A stretch of 64,000 bases of DNA from Felis catus (Eukaryota): positions 29,204,001 through 29,268,000 of the forward strand of contig NC_058368.1 of the NCBI RefSeq assembly GCF_018350175.1, read 5' to 3'. The notes under the pieces were generated by a model. The model saw nothing but the letters and a program-made list of their open reading frames with translations, had not been told where the DNA came from and made no database searches. Below, piece after piece: positions 51,774 through 64,000 of the stretch. Every line of letters starts with the position of its first letter. The first letter of the stretch is position 1. The position numbers were made by a program, and so were the translations under genes.

Positions 51774-52686
51774 TTTTTCTTTTTAATTTTTTTTTTTTAT
51801 TAACGTTTATTTATTTTTGAGACAGAGAGAGACAGAGCATGAACGGGGGAGGGTCAGAGAGAGGGAGACACAGAATCAGAAGCAGGCTCCAGGCTCCGAG
51901 CTGTCAGCACAGAGCCCGACACGGGGCTCGAACTCACGGACCGCGAGATCATGACCTGAGCCGAAGTCGGCCGCTTAACCAACTGAGCCACCCAGGCGCC
52001 CCTCTTTCAAATTTTTTTTTTTCAACGTTTTTATTTATTTTTGGGACAGAGAGAGACAGAGCATGAACGGGGGAGGGTCAGAGAGAGGGAGACACAGAAT
52101 CGGAAGCAGGCTCCAGGCTCCGAGCTGTCAGCACAGAGCCCGACACGGGGCTCGAACTCACGGACCGCGAGATCATGACCTGAGCCGAAGTCGGCCGCTT
52201 AACCAACTGAGCCACCCAGGCGCCCCTCTTTCAAATTTTTTTTTTTTCAACGTTTTTATTTATTTTTGGGACAGAGAGAGACAGAGCATGAACGGGGGAG
52301 GGGCAGAGAGAGGGAGACACAGAATCGGAAGCAGGCTCCAGGCTCCGAGCTGTCAGCACAGAGCCCGACACGGGGCTCGAACTCACGGACCGCGAGATCA
52401 TGACCTGAGCCGAAGTCGGCCGCTTAACCGACTGAGCCACCCAGGCGCCCCTCTTTCAAATTTTTTTTTTTCAACGTTTTTATTTATTTTTGGGACAGAG
52501 AGAGACAGAGCATGAACGGGGGAGGGGCAGAGAGAGAGGGAGACACAGAATCGGAAACAGGCTCCAGGCTCCGAGCCATCAGCCCAGAGCCTGATGCGGG
52601 GCTCGAACTCACAGACCGCGAGATCGTGACCTGGCTGAAGTTGGACGCCCAACCGACTGCGCCACCCAGGCGCCCCATGGCGCCCC
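51774..52686 (-). repeat. Tandem array of four SINEC copies (period 224-225 bp) inside L1 ORF2
   Basis: Junction GGCGCCCCTCTTTCA at 51995, 52219, 52444 and 52679; outer TSD TCTTTCAGAAGTGTTCT at 51757-51773 and 52687-52703. Confidence 0.95.
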
Positions 52687-55600
52687 TCTTTCAGAAGTGT
52701 TCTATAGCTTTCAGAGTACAGATCTTTTATCTCCTTAGTTAGGTTTATTCCTAGTTATCTTATTATTTTTGGTGCAATTGTAAATGGCATCAATTCCTTG
52801 ATTTCTTTTTCTGCTGCTTCACTATTGGTGTATAGAAATGCAACAGATTTCTGTACATTGATTTTGTATCCTGTGACTTTGCTGAATTCATGTATTAGTT
52901 CTGGCAATTTTGTGGTGGAGTCTTTCATGTTTCCTACATAAATGACATCATGTCATCTGCAAATAGTGAAAGAGTGACTTCTTTCTTGCTGATTTGGATG
53001 CCTTGTATTTCTTTTTGTTGTCTGATTGCTGAGGCTAAAACTTCCAAAACTATTAAACAACCATGATGAGAATGGACATTCCTGTCTTGTTCCTGATCTT
53101 AGAGGAAAAGCTTTCAGTTTTTCCCCGTTGAGGATGATATTAGCTGTGGGTCTTTCATATATGGCCTTTATGATGTTGAGGTATGTTCTATCTATCCCTA
53201 CTTTGTTAGGAGTTTTTGTCAAGAATGGATGCTTTATGGGGCGCCTGGGTGTCAGTCAGTTAAGTATCCAGCTCTTGATTTCAGCTCAGGTTGTGATTTC
53301 ATGGTCATGGGATCAAGCCCCACGTCAGACTCTGGAGCATGGAGCCTGCTTGAGATTCTCCCTCTCCTTCTCCCTCTGCCCCTCCCCACTTTCATGCTTA
53401 CTGTCTCAAAAAAAAAAAAAAAAAAAAGAATGGCTTCTGTACTTTGTCAAATGCTTTTTCTGCATCTATTGAGTGGATCATATGGTTCTTATCCTTTCTT
53501 TTATTAATGTGGTGTATCATGTTGATTGAATTGCAAATTATGACTCACCCCTGTAGCCCAGGAATAAATCCCATATGATCATGGTTAATAATTCTTTTAA
53601 TGTACTGTTGGATTCAATTTGCTAGTTTCTTGAGAATTTTTGCATCCATGTTCATCAGGGATATCAGCCTATAATTCTCCTTTTTAGTGGGGTCTTTGTC
53701 CGGTTTTGGAATCAAGGTTATACTGGCCTCATAGAATGAGTTTGTAAGTTTTCCTTACATTTCTATTTTTTGGAACAGTCGAGAAGAGTAGGTATTAACT
53801 TTTTTTTACATGTCTGATAGAATTCCCCTGGGAAGCCATCTAACCCTGGACTTCTGTTTGTTGAGAGATTTTTGATTGCTGATTCGATTTCTTTGCTGGT
53901 TATGGGTCTGTTCAAATTTTCTATTTCTTTCTGTTTCAATTTTGATAGTTTGTATGTTTCTAGGAATTTATCCATTTCTTCTAGATTGCTCAATTTGTTG
54001 GCATATAATTTTTCATAATATTCTTTTACAATTGTTTGTATTTCCGTGGTGCTGGTTGTGATCACTCCTCTTTCATTCATGATTTTGTTTATTTTGGTCC
54101 TTTCTCTTCTTTTTTGATAAGTCTGGCTAGGGCTTATCAATTTTATTCATTCTTTTAAAGAACCAGCTCTTAGTTTTGTTGATCTGTTCTACTTTTTTTG
54201 TGTGTGTCCATATTGTTTTTTTCTCCTCTACACTTTATTATTTCCCTTCTTCTGCTGGCTTTAGGCTTCATTTGCTGTTCCTTTTCTAGCTCTTTAGGTG
54301 TGAGGTTAGGTTGGGTCTTTGAGATTTTTCTTGCTTCTTGACATAGGCCTTTACTGCAGTATACTTCCCGCTTAGGACCGCCTTCGCTGCATCCCGAAGG
54401 TTTCGGACTGTCGTGTTTTCATTTTCATTTGCTTCCATGTATTTTTTTTTACTTCTTCTTTAATCTCCTGGTTAACCCATTTATGCTTTAGTAGGATGTT
54501 CTTTAACCTCCATATTTTTATGATCTCTCCAAATTTTTCTTGTGGTTGACTTCAAGTTTCATAGTGTTGTGATCGGAAAATATGCATGGAATGATCTCAG
54601 TCTTTTTGTACCTGAGGGCTGATTTGTGACCCAGTATGTGATCTATTCTGGAGAATGTTTCATGTGCCCTCGAAAAGAATGTGTATTCTGCTGCCTTAGG
54701 ATAAAATGTTCTGAATATATCTGTTAGGTCAATCTGCTCCAGTGTGTCACTCAAACCTATTGTTTCCTTGTTGATTTTCTGCTTAGATGATCTGTTCATT
54801 GCTATAGGTGGGTGTTAAAGTTCCCTACTATTAATTGTATTATTATCAATGAGTTTCTTTATGTTTTTTTATTAATTGACTTATATATTTGGGTGCTTCC
54901 AAGTTGGGGCATAAATATTTATAATTGTTAGATCTTCTTGATGGATAGACCCCTTAATTATGATATAGTATCCTTCTTCATCTCTTGTCATGGTCTTTGG
55001 TTTAAAATTTAGTTTGTCTAATATACGTATGGCTACTCTGGCTTTCTTTTGATGTTCGTTAGTATGATAGATGGTTCTCCATCCCCTCACTTCCAATCTG
55101 CAGTTGCCTTTAAGTGTAAAATGAGTCTCTTAAAGGCAGCCTATAGATGAGTCTTGGTTTTTTTGTTTTGTTTCGTTTTGTTTTTATCCATTCTGATACT
55201 CTATATCTTTTGATTGGAGCATTTAGTCTTTTTACATTCAGAGTGATTATTGGTAGATATGAATTTAGTACCATTGTATTACCTGTAAAGTCATTGTTTC
55301 TGGAGATTTTCTCCATTCCTTTCTAGTCTCTGTAGCTGTTGTTCTTTCCTTCCCACTCAGAGTCCTCTTTAATATTTCTTGCAGGGCTGGTTTAGTGATC
55401 ACAAACTCCTTTAGTTTTTGCTTGTCTAAGAAACTCCTTATCTCTCCTTCTATTCTGAATGACAGACTTGCTGGATAAAGTATTCTTAGCTTCATATTTT
55501 TTCTATTCAGCCCATTGAATATATCATGCCACTCCCTTATGGCCTGCCAAGTTTCTGTGGACAGATCTGCTGCAAACCTGATTTGTCTTCACTTGTAGGT

Positions 55601-57136
55601 TAAGGACTTTTTTTCCCCTTGCTGCTTTTTGGATCTTTCCCCTATCTCTCTATTTTGCAAATTTCACTAGGATATGTCTTGATGTTGACTGGCTTTTGTT
55701 GATTTTGATGGGAGTTCTATGTGCCTCTTGCATTCTGATGTCTGTTTCCTTCCTCAGATTAGGGAAGTTTTCAGCTATAATTTGTTAAAATAAACCTTCT
55801 GCACGTTTTCCCTCTCTTCTGGGACTTCTATGATACTAATATTATTACACTTTGAGGAGTTGCTGAGTTCCCTAAGTCTTCATTCATGATCCAATACTTT
55901 TTCTTCTCTCCTCTTTTCAGCTTCATTATTTTCCATTATTTTATCTTCTGTATCATTGATTCATTCCTCTGCTTCATCCATCCTCATTGTCATTGACCAT
56001 TCAGTTTTACATCTCCATTATAGCATTTTTTTATTTCAGCCTGACTAGTTTTTAGTTCTTTCATCTCTGCAGTAAAGGATTCTCTAAAGTCCTCTATGCT
56101 TTTCTTAAGCCCAGCTAGTATCATTATTATTGTTGTTTTAAATTCTTGTTCAGGCATCTTACTTGTATCTGTTTTGATTAAATCCCTGGCTGAGACTTCT
56201 TCCTGTTCTTTCTGTTGGGGTGAATTCCTATGTCTTGTCATTTTGTCTTGGTCACTGTTTATGTGTGTGTATGTCAGGAAAGCCTATTATATTCCTGCTC
56301 ATGAGAGTAATTGCTATATTGAGAAGAGGTCCTATACTGTCTTGGTACTGGTGCTTCAGGAAGTATTTCAGAGTATGCATTCTGTTGTTGTGCTTTAGCT
56401 GCTCTTTCCCTCAGGTCAATCCTTTGCAGAGTTTCTCCTTGCCTGCATTGGGGAGTGCTTGGACACTGTCCACTGCGTGCAAGTTTTAACTAAGTATGTT
56501 TCAGTCTGCTTGTTAAAAGAGGCTAGATCCTATTTCCCCTAGAGCTGAAGCTTTGCAGCACTCTGTGATCAGTATACTTGGTGCACATGAGAGGTTTGTG
56601 GTCTTCTGAGGGAGGATCCTGCTGTAATGGTTTTCAGGAGGACTTGCCTAGGAAAGATGCACCTGCAGGGTGCAGGGGGGCAAGAACTTGGTGTAGGCGG
56701 TTCCAGCCTTCACTGGGGGTCTTGTGTTGCTCACTGAAGTTAGTCGGTGCCGATGGGGAGGGGATAATGGCATCACCCCACTCTCTTGTCCCCAGAGCAG
56801 GGAATTCAAGCCTGCCACTCTTCAGGAAGCCCTCACAGAAGAGTGAACAGCCTCCCTTCTTGTGTCCCCAGCTTCCACCACAGCCCTGCCTTCACCCTGT
56901 CTGTGTCCAAGCTTTCTGCCTGCCAGGAGGCACAGTACTCCTGTGTTTTATCTCAAGAATGTGGCTGGGTGTCAAAGTTTCAAATTTTAGGGACCTGGTA
57001 CAGCATGGACCCACGCTGATCCTCTGGGGGAGGGTCTTGCTGCACCGTGACTGGTGCTAGTTTGTCCCTGAAAAGCAGTCACTCAGCCACACAGTGGTTG
57101 GGAGTTTATGGTAAAGCACATCAAAAAGCCAGCACA

Positions 57137-57357
57137 GGGGCGCCTGGGTGGCGCAGTCGGTTAAGCGTCCAACTTCAGCCAGGTCACGATCTCACGGTCC
57201 GGGAGTTCGAGCCCCGCGTCAGGCTCTGGGCTGATGGCTCAGAGCCTGGAGCCTGTTTCCGATTCTGTGTCTCCCTCTCTCTCTGCCCCTCCCCCGTTCA
57301 TGCTCTGTCTCTCTCTGTCCCAAAAATAAATAAACGTTGAAAAAAAAAATTATAAAA
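57137..57357 (+). mobile_element. Young SINEC_Fc-type insertion in the L1 5' UTR
   Basis: TSD AAAAAGCCAGCACA at 57123-57136 and 57358-57371. Confidence 0.92.
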
Positions 57358-59169
57358 AAAAAGCCAGCACAAGATTTGCTGCCCTCAGCAGGTGTCTCTG
57401 TTCCTATGCTAATGAACAGGGCAATACCTTGGCACTTTCCAGTTTTTTTGTCCCCGGAAAGTCCATGCCACCTCTCCAAAATGCACTCCAAGAAGGGAAA
57501 TTGTTTCTCCCCATGAGACCAAGGGGATCCTCAGACCATGCTGTCCACTTCCAGGCTTTTTCCCTCTTTCCCCACAGGAGTAACACTAAGTCCCCCAAGC
57601 ATGACCCCAGCAATGACCCAAACTTCCAAAACTTCAGACTTTGAGCTCCACTGGTTATAAACACTGGTAGGAGTCAGCCCCTATCCTTTTCCCAGTCATT
57701 GGTTTTGGGGAAGACTTTTTCTTGTACAATTTCCTATGTGGTTTTTTTTCTCTCTTTCTCTCTTTCTCCCTTGCTCCTCTCTCCATGATCAGGGCTCCCT
57801 CTCCTCCGTAACACCTGCAGTTTTTTTCTCCCTCAAATCAACTCTGCAGCTTATTCCTTCCACAAGGTGGCCATTTTTCTCCCTTTAGATGTGCAGTTTG
57901 TTCTCAGAATGATTTGATATTTATCTCGCTGTGTTGAGAGACGAGGCAACCCTAGGGTCCCCTACTACTCTGCCATTTTAACTCTCCCCTCCCTATTCCA
58001 CATCTGTTTGGTAAAGGTACTTCTCTCAAAGGATGCAGATAGTGAGTGGACCTATTGAGAGAAGCCACCAGGTATTCTGGACAGCAGTGAACAACCAGAG
58101 ATGTCCCAGCCTAAAAATAAACATGAAAGCAGTATTGGACATGCTACTGTAATGGATCTACAAGTCGCCTTGGAGACTGAATGCTAGCTCCATTGGGCTG
58201 TGTTGCATTAATGCTGTTATTTTGAATGTTGGTAATTGTGGTATACTATGAGGTAGTTTTGCAGTCCTTGACGTGATTTCAGATATTTCTATCATTTTTC
58301 AAATTTTAAACTTACTTTAAGCTTTTAAAATTTCCTTTTTATGTTTTTATTTACTTTTTAGTTTTTAAAATGTTTATTTATTTTGAGAGAGGCAGAGCAC
58401 AGTGGAGGGGCAGAGAGAGAGAGAGAGGGAGAGAGAGGGAAAGAGAAAATCCCCAGTAGACTTTACTATCAGCACAGAGCCTGACATGGGGCTCAGTCTT
58501 ACCAGTCATGAGATAATGACCTGAGTTGAAATCAAGAGTCAGATGCTTAACTAACTGAGCCACCCAGGAGCCCCTAAAATTTTCCTTTTTAAAAATTAAT
58601 TTTTACATTATATATTATAAGGTTTTAAAAGTCACTGGTAAAAACAGCAGCTCCTTAGACCTCTTTTTCCTCTGCCTCCCTCCTTCCTTGACCCTGAAGT
58701 CCCATTACCCACAGGCAACCAATTTAAACTCTTAGCTATTTTTTCTGATAATTACCTCAGTGTTTCATATTAGATTGTGCTCTTTTTTTTTTTTTTTAAC
58801 AGTTATTTGTTTTTGAGAAAGAGTGAGAGCACAGGGGAGAGGCAGAGAGGGAGAGGATCCAAAGCAGCCTCCACACTGTCAGTGCAGAGCCCAATGTAGG
58901 GCTGGAACTCAGAAAACTGTGAGATCATGACCTGAGACCAATCAGATGCTTAACTGACTGAGCCAACCAGGTACCCTAACGTATGGTGCCTCTTCTGATC
59001 AATTAGTTACAATATTACATATTGACTTCTTAATGTAGTAGGTAAAGATTGGGACTCTTTTATTATATCCTCTTTTCTTTTACCTAATATATTTCTATTT
59101 TGGCAAAATTAACTTTCACTGCTTTCATACACAGAGTAAATCGTGTTCACTGCTGAGCCACATAGCACA

Positions 59170-59666
59170 CAAGTATCCCCCCAGCTTTCCAAAAATTCAC
59201 ATTAAGCTGCTTCACTTTTATGAAAGACCTACATTATGCCTGTTTTCACCAATCAGGAGAAGTCCAAAGAGGATTTTCCCTTTTACAAAAAAAAAGGTGA
59301 AAAGAGAAAATAGTGTTCAGCATTTATTTTGCAGCCAGCTGTTGTTGAGGCTTCACATACGCTGAGCAGTGAGAGTGGCCCCACCAAGCTCCTTCCCCAG
59401 GAACTACACTCAGCACCTCAGTATCAAGTTACCACAGCTTTGAACTCTGTCTCTGAGCATCTGGGCTTTATCTCAGTTTATTTTGTCCATCTGTTAGCAA
59501 GATGTGTTTAAGGAATCAGCCTTAACAGAGGTTACTTTTTTGGTGTGGGAATGCTCAATAAATTTCCCATGCAACTTAATGGTAATGGTTCTTCACTTTA
59601 CACCATTTCAGCCTTTGAAAGGTTTCATAAGAATGTTCTACTTTCTGATAGCAGGGAAGACCTGTA
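59170..59666. mobile_element. Tigger1-like carnivore DNA transposon remnant
   Basis: Imperfect TIRs caagtatccccccagctttccaaaa and ctttctgatagcagggaagacctg followed by TA. Confidence 0.55.
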
Positions 59667-62303
59667 CCGTGATGTCATTTCCTAGAGTTAATAATGACCT
59701 CATTGGTTTTACATTTGCTTAGTTTTCTTTGACTCTTAAGTCTTGCTTGATCTTCCAAAAGCTCTATAAAATGAAACTTACCAGATTTTCTATTTAAGCT
59801 AATGTGTTTTGGCAACACCGTTTATAGAGCCCTGGATTATCCTGCTCTAGTCTGGATGATTTACTCTCCAAGGCTACAGCACAGGGGCTGTTCCGGACAC
59901 TGACGGTCTGGGAATTCCCCTCATGTCTGTTCTCTGTTGGAGCCTCTTGCTTCTTGGATCCCATCTCATCTCTCTTCGTTTACTCCCCCATTTTAGTGAA
60001 GCCCTTCTCAAGTGGTTTCCTAAGAAAAGATGCATGAGAGACATATTTTGAGACTTTGTACATCTGAAAATAGCTTTATTCCAAGCTCACACTTCATTGA
60101 TCATGAATACTTGATTGGAAGTAATTTCCACTTAGAACATTTAAGGCTTTTGTCATTCATTGTATTTGTTGTTTTCAATTTGGAGACTCATGCCCTTCAG
60201 TTCCAAAATATCTTCCTCAATAATTTATTTACTGTTTTCTTTGTTCTTCCTGGAATTTCTGTTACTCCAGTGTTAGATCTCTTGAATTTATTGTTTGTCT
60301 TCCTTTTTTCTCTCACATTGTCTATCACTTTGTGTTTTAGGTTTTTTTTCTCCAGCGCTTTTACTGAGTTTTAAAAATGTGGTTTTTTTTTTTTAATTTT
60401 CACAAATTTTTTTATTCTCAGAATTGTCCCATTTTGATAACATCCTGTTGTTGTCATTGATGGAATTTTTTTGTTGTTGTTGTTCAGATATTAATTTTAG
60501 TTTCCCTGAAGTTCTTTTGCTTCCTGCAATGTCTGTGTTTCCTCTAAGTTTATTTTTTGTTTTACTTTCTTGTTGGAAATGTCTAGGAATTCTTTGCTGT
60601 CTATATATACATACTAGAGGGAGGTTCTAAAAGCTCTGGGGTGCTTGGATGCCACTTACCCACTAGGAAGTTTCACTGAAGAGCAGTTAGATGATTAATT
60701 AGCTTTTTTATTAGGGACTGCCAGATGTCAGTGTTTATAGATCTTTTTACTTGAGTAGTTTGTTTTCTCCCATATAGGATCGTCCATGATGTATTTAAAA
60801 GTAAGGTTAAGGTCTCACCATTCACTAAGCAACCTTACTTAATCCTCTTATTTTCAGTCCCATGTGTCATACTTACTCTCCTTTGTCCCAAGTCTCAAGT
60901 CTGAAACTTCCCTTACTTAATTCCCTAAAGACTATACCTTCTTCTGCCTCCTACAGATTGAGGGAGGGGACTTAAAGATACGCTTCAAGACTTTTTGTTT
61001 TTAGTGACCAACTTCCGAAGTACCTGGTGCCTCAATTCCTGAGGCTTTCTGGCACTCAGCAGGGCAAATAGGCTTGTTACTGGTCAGCTCTCCCTCTACA
61101 TGGAGTTATGTTTCACTTCCCCCGCCATAGCTAAGTCATTTACCATTCTTCATGTGCTTTCTGTCTGTATATATCGTGTTTGGGGCTACATGCATCATAT
61201 GTTTTTATTTTGCATTTCTGTTTCTTGTTGTTTTAGTATGATTTTTAAAAGAAAGAGGAGGCCATCTTGAGATCAGATGTCACCTTTAAATTTTCAGTCA
61301 ATTATTATTGCTTGCACTGCTCGTAATAGCAAAAGTTAATATAGCCTAGGGGCACCTGGGTGGCTCAGTCAGTTAAGCATCCTGACTTTGGCTTAGGTCA
61401 TGATCTCACGGTTCATGGGTTCAAGCCCCATGTCAGGCTCTGTGCTGACAGCTCGGAACCTGGAGCCTGCTTCAGATTCTGTGTCTCCCTCTCTCTGTTC
61501 CTCCTCCACTCGCAGTCTGTCTGTCTGTCTCTCTCTCTCTCAAAAATGAATAAACGTTAAAAAAATTTTTTTAAGTTAATATAGCCTAAATATCCAACAA
61601 CAGGATAATTTTATAATCTCAAGTTTTCTTTGATTTGTATTCCATAAGAAACTGTAAAAACCTAGAATATATACAGGAGCAAAAGAACAGAAAACATCTG
61701 TCACCGTTCCAAATAACCACTTTGGTATATGTCTTTAGTGTATATCCTTTTGAATTCTTTTCTATGCATAGAGAAATAAATCCCTTTCATCAAAAATGAG
61801 ATGATAAATTTTGTAGCCTACCATAATTTACCTATGAAACCCACAAACTGTTGGATACTTAGTGTGTTTCACCTCAACCCTGTATTGTGGAATATTGTTC
61901 TATATTATACTATCCAGAATAGTAATAATGAGTATACACTGAATTAAAATTTTAAATGAGAGAAAGTCAGGTAGAAGTGATAAAAATTCTGACAAAAATG
62001 AATCAAAATATTTTTAAAACATACACCTTGTACAGCTATAAATTACTCAATTTACAAAAAGTGACCAATGGTTTGTTGCCAAACTTACCTTGAGCCAAAT
62101 TATTTTTTAGCTACTTAGATCTGGTTCCTTGATTTTAGAGAGGCGTGGGGTTCCTGAGTGGCTTGGTCAGTTAAGCGTCCTACTCTTGACTTCAGCTCAG
62201 GCCATGATCTCATGGTTCGTGAGTTAAAGCCCACGATGGTCTCTACACTGACAGTGTGGAGCCTGCTTAAGATTCTGTCTTCCTCTCTCTCTGGCCCTCC
62301 CTC

Positions 62304-62342
<39 letters not shown>

Positions 62343-64000
62343 ATAAATTTTTTTTTTTTTAAATTGAAAAGAGACCTCAAGGCTTACCCTCAAACTTCCC
62401 TTTAAGCAATGCATTACAAAGCCTCCTAACTTTTATGAGTCCATGTTGTTAGGAGCAGGTGATTTCTTGAATCTACTGTGTACTTTGAGGTCGACCATCA
62501 TTTCAGCATCTACTGCAAAGAAAACTCAGCCTTTCTTCTATCTTTTCTACTCCATGACCCTTAGAATGGGAACCGTGTCCCTGCTGGACTTGAAAGTGAG
62601 AGCTATAGGTCATTCTTCCATTTTCTCCTTGCACATGGACTCTGAAGAATCACATTTTTTTCTGACCTACTGCTTCTATATAACTCCATTTTTTTACCAT
62701 TGGAAGAGAGTAGTACCGTAGGGGTATGACAAAATGTTTGTTCAGGGAAAAGTTACTTTTGTGTGTGTGTGTAAAATTTAACAAATCAAGATGAAGACAA
62801 ATTAATATTTTGTGTTTTAAAGCAAGCTTTTTGGTTTTTTATCAGTTAGTGAGTGAAAGTGGGCCTCAGTAATTCTTACACTATATTCCTTCATCATTGT
62901 AGATTATGGATAATACCTAATTCTTCCTAATCAGATTTAAGTTTTTACATCAATTTGCATTTAAAAAAATTTTTTATGTATATTCATTCTTGAGGCAGAG
63001 AGAGAGAGAGAGAGAGAGAGAACACAAGTGGGGGAGGGGCTGAGAGAGAGGGAGACACAGAATCCAAAGTAGGCTCCAGGCTCCGAGCTGTCAGCACAGA
63101 GCCCAACGCGGGGCCTGAACCCACAAACTGCAAGATTGTGACCTGAGCCGAAGTCGGATGCTTATCCAACTGAGCCACCCAGGCGCCCCTTCATCATTTT
63201 GCATTTTTAAGATTACAGGGTTTTTATTTAACCTTTGATTATATATAATTTCATCTAATCTAAGAACCCATTGATTAAGACATCATGATTTTGTTACTAT
63301 GAACATAGAAAACACTACCAATTAAGCAATGATATGTCAATGAATGTAAGATGCACTTTAATTTCAGAGATGTTAATTTTTTAATGGGCTGTTTTAGAAT
63401 GAAATATGGTATATTTGTTCTCATTTATAATTGAAAATCTTAAATAACATGTAGTTATTTAGCAAACACACATTTAATACCTACTTGGTACCATTGCTAC
63501 TTGGAATTTTGGAACCTTTTTTAGAGTATTAAAACAATACTGAGAAAAGTTTTTTACTTATTTATTTTTATTTTAGAAAGAGAGAAAGAGACAGCACAAG
63601 CGGGTGAGGGGGCAGAGAGAGAGAAAGAGAGAGAATCTTAAGCAGACTCCATGCTGGGCATGGAGCCTGACATGGGGCTCGATCCCACAACCCTGGGATC
63701 ATGACCTGAGCAGAAATCAAGAGTCAGGCACTCAACCAACTGAGCCACCCAGGTGCCCCTAAAAGTTATTTTTTTCCAAAGCACTTTTACAGTTTTTTAA
63801 TCATCCTAGTACCTTATTCAACAGCTCTTCTATTATTCAGCATACTTCCCCCGGACCCAGGTCCTCTCTTCCTAGGGGAGTACTTGTGATTAAATACTGG
63901 TCTTTAGAAAGTGTATTAAAATATAAGATCAAGTGATTTCCTTGGGAATCACTGAGCTGGTAAGTAAGAGTTTTAAGCTCAAAGTTCTGACCTGAGCCAC

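Larger units (their letters stand above)
49852..57993 (-). mobile_element. Full-length decayed LINE-1 (carnivore type), antisense in an MTRF1 intron, interrupted by SINEs
   Basis: 5' end GGGAGAGTTAAAATGGC near 57990; ORF1 from 56241 (MTRHRNSPQQKEQ...); ORF2 from 55274 (MVLNSYLPIITLNV..., endonuclease and RT fragments [25 protein letters not shown]); T-rich tail near 49855; candidate TSD TATTCCAC at 49844-49851 and 57994-58001; many frameshifts. Confidence 0.93.
1933..63759. mobile_element. Further dispersed carnivore SINEs (approximate starts 1933, 2306, 3062, 6640, 6868, 7403, 8916, 9506, 11327, 12485, 13417, 15435, 20378, 21120, 22988, 26920, 27100, 28716, 32258, 34745, 34910, 35246, 35502, 38677, 40713, 40945, 45915, 47635, 50305, 53238, 58360, 58785, 61349, 62147, 62965, 63550)
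   Basis: GGGGCGCCTGGGTGGCTCAGTCGGTTAAG-type heads, usually with (CT)n and A-rich tails, on either strand; one umbrella entry, not a contiguous feature. Confidence 0.85.

Noticed and set aside
51774..52686. Regularly spaced repeats superficially like a CRISPR array or tRNA cluster
   Set aside because: Units are whole SINEs with no unique spacers; tRNA similarity is the SINE head.
49852..57993. Potentially active L1
   Set aside because: ORF1 and ORF2 are fragmented by stops, frameshifts and SINE insertions.
646..63178. Many 60-150 aa ORFs of the MAQSVKRPTSAQVMIS and MNGGGAER types
   Set aside because: Translations of SINE sequence, not genes.
58000..64000. Search for the next MTRF1 exon after the GGQ exon
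   Set aside because: No matching exon found by eye; the region looks intronic and repeat-derived, so the exon probably lies beyond the window.

Overview
Mammalian genomic DNA, most likely a felid given the abundant SINEC_Fc-type tRNA-derived SINEs and carnivore L1s. Two genes lie head to head. NAA16 (NatA auxiliary subunit) runs leftward on the minus strand; only its CpG-island promoter, first coding exon (5422-5369) and part of intron 1 are in view. MTRF1 (mitochondrial release factor 1) runs rightward from a promoter at about 23.45-23.85 kb, with six coding exons (25479-49683, 991 nt, including the GRTTGG, PEVGLS and GGQ motifs); its last exons lie beyond the window. Much of the rest is transposon-derived: over 45 SINEs, a full-length decayed antisense L1, two truncated L1s with TSDs, an ERVL gag-pro-pol remnant, LTRs and Tigger/MER5 elements. 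The main observations are: (1) four plus-strand exon-like segments, from inside the NAA16 CpG island across the 18-kb intergenic gap, splice stop-free and in frame onto the MTRF1 start, predicting an isoform extended by 78 or more residues at the N-terminus; (2) a four-copy SINE tandem array whose origin can be reconstructed; (3) a SINE whose 3' half was replaced by an inverted copy of DNA 3 kb away. All coordinates were read by eye, and repeat subfamily names are tentative.
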